Virus record (IMG/VR): IMGVR_UViG_3300022696_000071
Location: 41,748 to 105,747 of that record
DNA length: 64,000 nucleotides
Strand: one strand, 5' to 3'
Source: a virus
Shown: positions 58,234 through 64,000 of the stretch, in pieces
Layout of the letters: the number at the start of each line of letters is the position of its first letter
Position numbering within the stretch: the first letter of the stretch is position 1
The notes under the pieces: model-generated
Databases searched by the model: none
Told to the model about the DNA's origin: nothing
Seen by the model: the letters and a program-made list of their open reading frames with translations, nothing else
Program-made: the position numbers and the translations under genes

Positions 58234-61200
58234 TTAATTTAATCTTCCTTGTATTATATCACTTAATGCTGGATCATATTCTGCCATTGGTTTATCAATA
58301 GTATTATTAACAACATTAGAAGATACATTATTTGCAAATGATTGAACTGAATTTACCATACCACTTGTTGATTCTTTCATTGTATTAGCAAGCATTGTAT
58401 TTGATTCTAATAAATCAGATGTAGCTAATCTTTGTTTTATCATATCTGATTCAACAGAATGTGATGTTAATCTTTCCATATTTGTTAATGCTTCACTACC
58501 ACCTTCTATAATATTATCTATACCAGTTTTAAATATATCCATTATAGTATCGGTGAATAATGCTGCTCCTTTTGGAGTATCGGTTAATACAACTTCACCA
58601 CCCTTCAACATCGTATTAACTTCCCCACCAACAACTGTACCACCAATATGAGCCTTGAAATATGGTTCAGACATATTTAAATATTCACCACTTCCAGTTT
58701 TCATAAGATTAGCATTTAATAATGCTCTTCTTCCAACCTGTGAAGAATATTTACTATCTAATATTTCTTCTCCAGCAACATCATAATCACCAGCTTCTAT
58801 TGCAGATAATGTATTCTTAAATCCTTTTAATCCAGCTTCTCCCAAATTAAATGCCATATCTGTAAGCGCTGCTTGTTGTGCTGGATTAAGTAAGTTCCAA
58901 CCAGGTATTGCTTTAGCGATATTTTTAGCTATATTATAATCTTTGTCGAATATAGATAATGCTTTTTCTTTTGTTATCTTATTACCAATTTTCTCTTTTC
59001 CGGTAATACGATGACCAATACCAATTGTCGGAAAACCAAGAGAATCAACATATCTACTTAATACGATACCTTCATTTGCAATAGTATGTTTCTTAGCCAT
59101 ATCTTCAGATACATCACCCGCAGTTGGTATTTTAGCTTTACTCATTGGACCAATCATAAGAGCAGATTCATCTATGACTCCAGATCCAGTTTTAGTTCCA
59201 GAATCATAAGTTGCTTTATTTTTAGATTTTTTCTTTTCTTCTTCTTTCTTTAATAAATGCTCTGGAATCGGTTTTCCCTGCGCTTTTCTTGCTTTTATCC
59301 ATGCCGCAGTACCCTCTTCCTCTGCAATCTTATTATAGTCTCTATCTTTACCAAATGTGCCTTTCGATGTCTCAAAATTAGATTTAGATTTTTCATCACT
59401 TGATAATTCACTTATAGATATCCATAATCCAGCTTTTTTATCAAACACAATGCTCTTACTTCTACGAAGTTTCATAAATAAATCTGGATTATCATCAAGA
59501 AGTTCAAACGCTTCTTTTGACATCTTCTTACTATACATAGACATCATTTTATTTTTATGGCGTCTATTAACATCTTCTTGATCACCACGTATAGCTTCAT
59601 CTCCTATATCCGCTAACCAATCTGCACCTCTCCCGGTTATCTTACCAGCAATCATATTTATAAGTTTACCAACCATAAATCCAGCAGCACCAGCAGCTAT
59701 AAGATTACCCATTGCTAATAATGCACCACCTGCAACTCCACCTCCCGCAGCACCACTACCAGCAGCAGCACCACCCTTCAACATAGCAGTTAAACCACTT
59801 CCACCAAGAGCACCACCAATAAGACCTGTAAAACCAGTAGCTATATTCTTAATACTCTCAATTGCATATTTACCAGCACCAATGAGTTTTTGAAGAATCA
59901 TCTCTTTCCAGAATTTACTGAGCCAACTCTTCATAAAATTCAATCTATCAACCATTCTTCGAGATATACCAAGTTGGTCTTCACTTGTTGTATTTCCAGA
60001 TGCTTGAAGGTTTACAAGTTCACTTGTATTGTCTCTAATTTGTTTAGAGATAGATATCATTTTCGTAGGCCATTTGGCGTATACTGGTTCACCAGCATTA
60101 TCAACTGCAACAACAGCTTGGCCTGTTACTTTTCTCCATAGCTTTTTTGCACCCGCTTTTAATCTATCTCGCCATGCAGCAATTGTTTCAGCAATAGCCG
60201 CAAATGGTTTAACTATTAAATTTTTTATAACTCTAAATGGTTTAGTTATAACTCTCCAACTCTGTTTTATTGCAAATATAGTTCCACGATATCCAGTTTT
60301 TATAGCGTCAACTGTAAGATTAAAACCAGCCTTAACTCCATCCGATAATAAACTAAACCCGCTACTCGCTACTTTAGTTAACCCTGCAAATGCATCTGAT
60401 ACAATAGTGGTAAATCCAGCAAGCATTCTATCGACTGTAAATTTAAACGACCTATAAAGATTACCAACTGTAGAATCTATAGCAGATCCAATACGTTTAG
60501 CTATTCTAAATGGTAAACTTGCAAGAGTTTTGGTCATCGACCATGCTTTACCGGCTACTCCTTTTGTAAGAAAATCTGCAATATTTTGAACTTTACTCAA
60601 TATATTTGCATTTATATTAGCAATATCTGATAATTTACTTATAACCTTTTTATGATACACTATAGCAGATTCTTCTTCTGTCTTTTTGAATCCCATCTTT
60701 TTTAAAGCACCAGTTAACCAACCAACCATTCTCTTTTGAGTTTTTTCATCATCGAGTGGGATCACTGCTTCATCTGAATCACCTTCTCCAACTACAACTG
60801 GTTTTTTTCTTCTAAATATTCCACCAAATGCCATTGTAACTGGTTCTGGTTCTTCATCTTTAAATAACTTATCCATATATTTTGTAAATAACGTAAGTTT
60901 TTCAATTATATAATCAACAGTACTTTTTAATTTATCTTCCACATATTCAGAAAATGATTTAAATGTATCTGTGAATGTACCAAATATTCCACCAATTTTG
61001 GTAGGAAGATATTTATCTATACCAATAAACCCAAGAACTTGTCTAACGTTATCACTTATTTCTTTAGATGTATTTATTAAGTTTATTTTAAATATTTTTA
61101 AATCTTTATAAAATGATTCGAAAAAAGCACGTAATCTACCAAAAATACCCGTTCCTTTTTCAGTATATTTATTTAACTCTTCACGTATTCTTTTAAAATC

Positions 61201-63999
61201 TTCTAATAAATGTTTCGGAACATCAAGATATGGCTGAAATGATTCTTTTATAATAAACTTAGCAACTCCAAGAGTTGCTTTTGATTTATTAATAAATGTT
61301 TCTTCACCAAGTTCTTCTATTTTCTTTCTATATATATCACCAGTTTTTTTGAACGAAGCTATCATCTTTAATTGGGATTCTTCATTCAGAGTAACTACTT
61401 CGAGCATTCTATCTTCATATGATTTATATATTCCACCCCAAAATTCTGGTAATACTTTCGTAACTGTTTCAACACGAACATCTCTCCAATGCTCTTTCAA
61501 TTGAACCATAGCTTCAAGTTCTATTTGACCTTTAGATTCTTGAATCTCCATAAGTGACATTGGTATTGGTTTTAATGCTTTATATATATCAATTGCAAGA
61601 TTTTTTATTCCGGTAACTGATCTCAGAAGTGACTTTGGTAAAGATTTTACAGTTTCAACTAACTTGGATAATATACCCTCATTTTCAGTCCAAGCCTTTT
61701 TCATTGGATCTTGAACAAATTTTCTATAATTATTTATTGCTTCAATTACTGATACTCCACCTTTTATTAAAATTTCAGCCGATGATATTATCGTATCTAC
61801 ACTCGACTTAAATAAATCATACGTACCAACAATCGCATTTTTAACAGAATCTGGAAATAATCTTTGATATATTACTGATAAAACATCTGGAATAGTTTTC
61901 TTTTCAATGTCTCGTGGTAAATTTGTCAATGGATCAATTACATCTCTATTAAAAACACTGGCAATTTGAGTACCAGTTTCATTAAGAAAATCTCTTATTA
62001 TTTGTGGTAAATTTTTGACAACTTCAATTAATCCACCTTTATTTCCAGCAATTCCACCATAATACATTTTCATTACTCTAAATGTATCAAATAATGGTTG
62101 AAATACACCAGATCTCGCGTATAATGATTCCCATATGGATTCAAGTTTTTCACCAATTATCTCCATAACATCTTTCATTCTACCGATTAATCCAGTCTTT
62201 TCTTTACCATCTCCAACAACTAATGTTTTTATATTCTTGCTTATACCTATTATGCTATCCCATATTCCTTTTATACCATCACCCAATTTTTTAAATATAC
62301 CACCACTAAAGAAATTAAGAATACCACCAAACATTGTACTGAAAAAACCACCAGTTTTTGGTTGGGTTTCTCCATCTTCATCCTTTTTATCTGCTTTTGC
62401 TGTAGTTCCAGCTTTAGTGACTTCTTCTCCACTATGCATAAAACCAAGACCGGCTTTAATAATTCTTTTTGGACTAAATTTTCCAGATGCCATAGAAGGT
62501 AAAACTGAGCCGTCTGAATAATCTTTAACTTCAGCAGGTATCAATCTATCTCGTAATATATCTCTTATATCTGTTAATAATTGAACTCGTAATTCAATAG
62601 ATGGTGATTTTTTAAAATCATCTTGAATTGATCTATTACTTACTGAAGAATCAAATGGTAATATTTTTCCCATTAGAGATCTAAAGAATCCCTTATTTTT
62701 AGTCTCTTCTTCATCCATTCCAAACATCTTTTTAAATATACTTGATGTTCCCTTTTGAAGATAATCACCAATCATTCCACCTATCCATGCAGATAATGAT
62801 CTTGGTTTTGGGGAATATATCGTTCCTGGTAATTCAAATCCAAGTTGCAACATTCGAGATTGCTGGAGTAATATGGCATTAACTTCTTCTGATGCAAATC
62901 TGGCATGAACATATGTCATACCAAGAGTCTTTAATATAGCTTCTTGATATCCACCTTTTCCTAATGTTGGTAAATCTGCTCTATATCCTGTACCAAATAT
63001 AGGCAACGCATAACCAATAGTTGCTTTTAATCCAAAAACAGAACCAAACATAGAAGATAATGATCCAAATATACCACCTCTTGCGCCACTCGATTCAGAA
63101 ATGGCTCTAGAAACAATATTAGCCATTCTCTGTTCTTGCTTAGTTGCTTTAACATCATCTGCTGGATCTAAAGCTTCTGCTATTCTATGAGTATCTTCTT
63201 TCATAGATTGATCTGGTGCAATATTAAGTGGCATTTTATCATCTGTTACTATATTCATAACACCAGATTTTTTAGAAGATTCTGGCATATTACCATACCA
63301 CTGCTTAAATGATTCCATACCAGAACCCATATTTGTCATAGCAGTATTAAATGCACCAGCACCCATTTGTTTAGCACCACCAATTATGCTGGAGAACATA
63401 CCTCCTTCTCCACCCCCACTCCCACCTTTATCTCCACCAAAAAACATTGATTCTACCGCTAAACCAACTGGTCCACCAAATGCACCCAATAATGGTGCTA
63501 AACCAAGACCTTTCTTAAACGGATCAGTAAACTCTTCCCTTCCACCCACTATTTCCCTTGCTTGTGCAGTTTGATTTCCAGCATATGATCCATATATGCT
63601 GGCAGGAACTGTTAATGGGGCGGCTGCCATTTTAGCAGCACCAGATCCCATCATACCTATACCTTTTGCATACATCTTTCCAGCACCAGCAGCAGCACTA
63701 GCAGCAGCACCACCAGCAGCAGAAGCCAATGATATAGCAGATAATTTAGTTACTTCACTAAGACCAGATGCAATATAACCCATCTTAGTTTGCGACTCTT
63801 CTGTAGCAATTTTTAATTCTTCTGTTGCATCAGATAAATTCATCATAGTATCATTCAATGATGTTGACATCTCCACAGAAGAATCCATTGCTTTTACAAC
63901 TTTATCATTTGACGCAGATACATCTTTTGAATATTTATTTAATTCAGATTGTATTGATATGGTTCCAGCTTTTATGTTAGCACCAGCATCTTCAAGCAT
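58234..63999 (-). CDS. giant (>1921 aa; 5' end beyond the window) virion protein with Gly/Ala-rich hydrophobic segments and a T4-lysozyme-like (GH24) domain; tape-measure or ejection-protein-like
   Basis: YVDSLGFPTIGIGHRITGKEKIG...AQQAALTDMAFNLGEAGLKGF matches the T4 lysozyme Y-x-D-x-G-x-x-TIGIGH core. Multiple GAAGGGVAGGALLAMG-type glycine-zipper tracts. Long helical regions. Confidence 0.5.
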   Translation of the reverse strand: MLEDAGANIKAGTISIQSELNKYSKDVSASNDKVVKAMDSSVEMSTSLNDTMMNLSDATEELKIATEESQTKMGYIASGLSEVTKLSAISLASAAGGAAASAAAGAGKMYAKGIGMMGSGAAKMAAAPLTVPASIYGSYAGNQTAQAREIVGGREEFTDPFKKGLGLAPLLGAFGGPVGLAVESMFFGGDKGGSGGGEGGMFSSIIGGAKQMGAGAFNTAMTNMGSGMESFKQWYGNMPESSKKSGVMNIVTDDKMPLNIAPDQSMKEDTHRIAEALDPADDVKATKQEQRMANIVSRAISESSGARGGIFGSLSSMFGSVFGLKATIGYALPIFGTGYRADLPTLGKGGYQEAILKTLGMTYVHARFASEEVNAILLQQSRMLQLGFELPGTIYSPKPRSLSAWIGGMIGDYLQKGTSSIFKKMFGMDEEETKNKGFFRSLMGKILPFDSSVSNRSIQDDFKKSPSIELRVQLLTDIRDILRDRLIPAEVKDYSDGSVLPSMASGKFSPKRIIKAGLGFMHSGEEVTKAGTTAKADKKDEDGETQPKTGGFFSTMFGGILNFFSGGIFKKLGDGIKGIWDSIIGISKNIKTLVVGDGKEKTGLIGRMKDVMEIIGEKLESIWESLYARSGVFQPLFDTFRVMKMYYGGIAGNKGGLIEVVKNLPQIIRDFLNETGTQIASVFNRDVIDPLTNLPRDIEKKTIPDVLSVIYQRLFPDSVKNAIVGTYDLFKSSVDTIISSAEILIKGGVSVIEAINNYRKFVQDPMKKAWTENEGILSKLVETVKSLPKSLLRSVTGIKNLAIDIYKALKPIPMSLMEIQESKGQIELEAMVQLKEHWRDVRVETVTKVLPEFWGGIYKSYEDRMLEVVTLNEESQLKMIASFKKTGDIYRKKIEELGEETFINKSKATLGVAKFIIKESFQPYLDVPKHLLEDFKRIREELNKYTEKGTGIFGRLRAFFESFYKDLKIFKINLINTSKEISDNVRQVLGFIGIDKYLPTKIGGIFGTFTDTFKSFSEYVEDKLKSTVDYIIEKLTLFTKYMDKLFKDEEPEPVTMAFGGIFRRKKPVVVGEGDSDEAVIPLDDEKTQKRMVGWLTGALKKMGFKKTEEESAIVYHKKVISKLSDIANINANILSKVQNIADFLTKGVAGKAWSMTKTLASLPFRIAKRIGSAIDSTVGNLYRSFKFTVDRMLAGFTTIVSDAFAGLTKVASSGFSLLSDGVKAGFNLTVDAIKTGYRGTIFAIKQSWRVITKPFRVIKNLIVKPFAAIAETIAAWRDRLKAGAKKLWRKVTGQAVVAVDNAGEPVYAKWPTKMISISKQIRDNTSELVNLQASGNTTSEDQLGISRRMVDRLNFMKSWLSKFWKEMILQKLIGAGKYAIESIKNIATGFTGLIGGALGGSGLTAMLKGGAAAGSGAAGGGVAGGALLAMGNLIAAGAAGFMVGKLINMIAGKITGRGADWLADIGDEAIRGDQEDVNRRHKNKMMSMYSKKMSKEAFELLDDNPDLFMKLRRSKSIVFDKKAGLWISISELSSDEKSKSNFETSKGTFGKDRDYNKIAEEEGTAAWIKARKAQGKPIPEHLLKKEEEKKKSKNKATYDSGTKTGSGVIDESALMIGPMSKAKIPTAGDVSEDMAKKHTIANEGIVLSRYVDSLGFPTIGIGHRITGKEKIGNKITKEKALSIFDKDYNIAKNIAKAIPGWNLLNPAQQAALTDMAFNLGEAGLKGFKNTLSAIEAGDYDVAGEEILDSKYSSQVGRRALLNANLMKTGSGEYLNMSEPYFKAHIGGTVVGGEVNTMLKGGEVVLTDTPKGAALFTDTIMDIFKTGIDNIIEGGSEALTNMERLTSHSVESDMIKQRLATSDLLESNTMLANTMKESTSGMVNSVQSFANNVSSNVVNNTIDKPMAEYDPALSDIIQGRLN

Positions 64000-64000
64000 T

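Noticed and set aside
59357-63778. Several plus-strand ORFs (e.g. 60029-60457, 62135-62521, 63386-63778) opposite the giant lysozyme-domain gene
   Set aside because: Antisense to a continuous 1921-codon ORF. Pro/Ala-rich translations are complements of the Gly/Ala-rich tracts.
1-64000. Eukaryotic giant virus origin (inteins, tRNAs, histidine kinase and AT-richness could suggest one)
   Set aside because: Shine-Dalgarno sequences, Rho-independent terminators, T4-type gp20/gp21/gp23 homologues, contractile sheath and gp25/gp6-like baseplate genes indicate a tailed bacteriophage.

Overview
AT-rich (~30% GC) bacteriophage DNA with T4-superfamily hallmarks, in my judgement a large contractile-tailed phage of an AT-rich host. 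Start codons carry bacterial Shine-Dalgarno sites (aggagg/ggagg). Left to right: a release-factor-like peptidyl-tRNA hydrolase fragment and a DnaB-like helicase; then a head module with a gp20-like portal interrupted by two large inteins, a gp21-like prohead protease and a gp23-like major capsid protein. Next come homing-endonuclease-like genes and a minus-strand accessory block (membrane proteins, metallophosphoesterase, SLOG-like protein). After that: a Ro60-like TROVE/vWA gene, a minus-strand array of tRNA and tRNA-like RNAs each preceded by a conserved ~20-nt element, and a DHS-like gene. The right half is a tail/lysis module: M15 endolysin, sheath, tube, gp25-like and gp6/J-like baseplate proteins, and a >1900-aa virion protein with a GH24 lysozyme domain on the minus strand. 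About ten plus-strand genes are preceded by a conserved GGACAAAYTNTAAAY motif, a T4-late-promoter-like element. The most unusual content is a phage-borne two-component signalling pair (a PAS hybrid histidine kinase plus a separate CheY-like receiver protein), the Ro60-like gene next to tRNA-like/Y-RNA-like RNAs with non-canonical organisation, and four homing-endonuclease-type elements sharing a Cys-rich zinc-ribbon module. All calls rest on motif reading by eye and synteny; no database search was possible.
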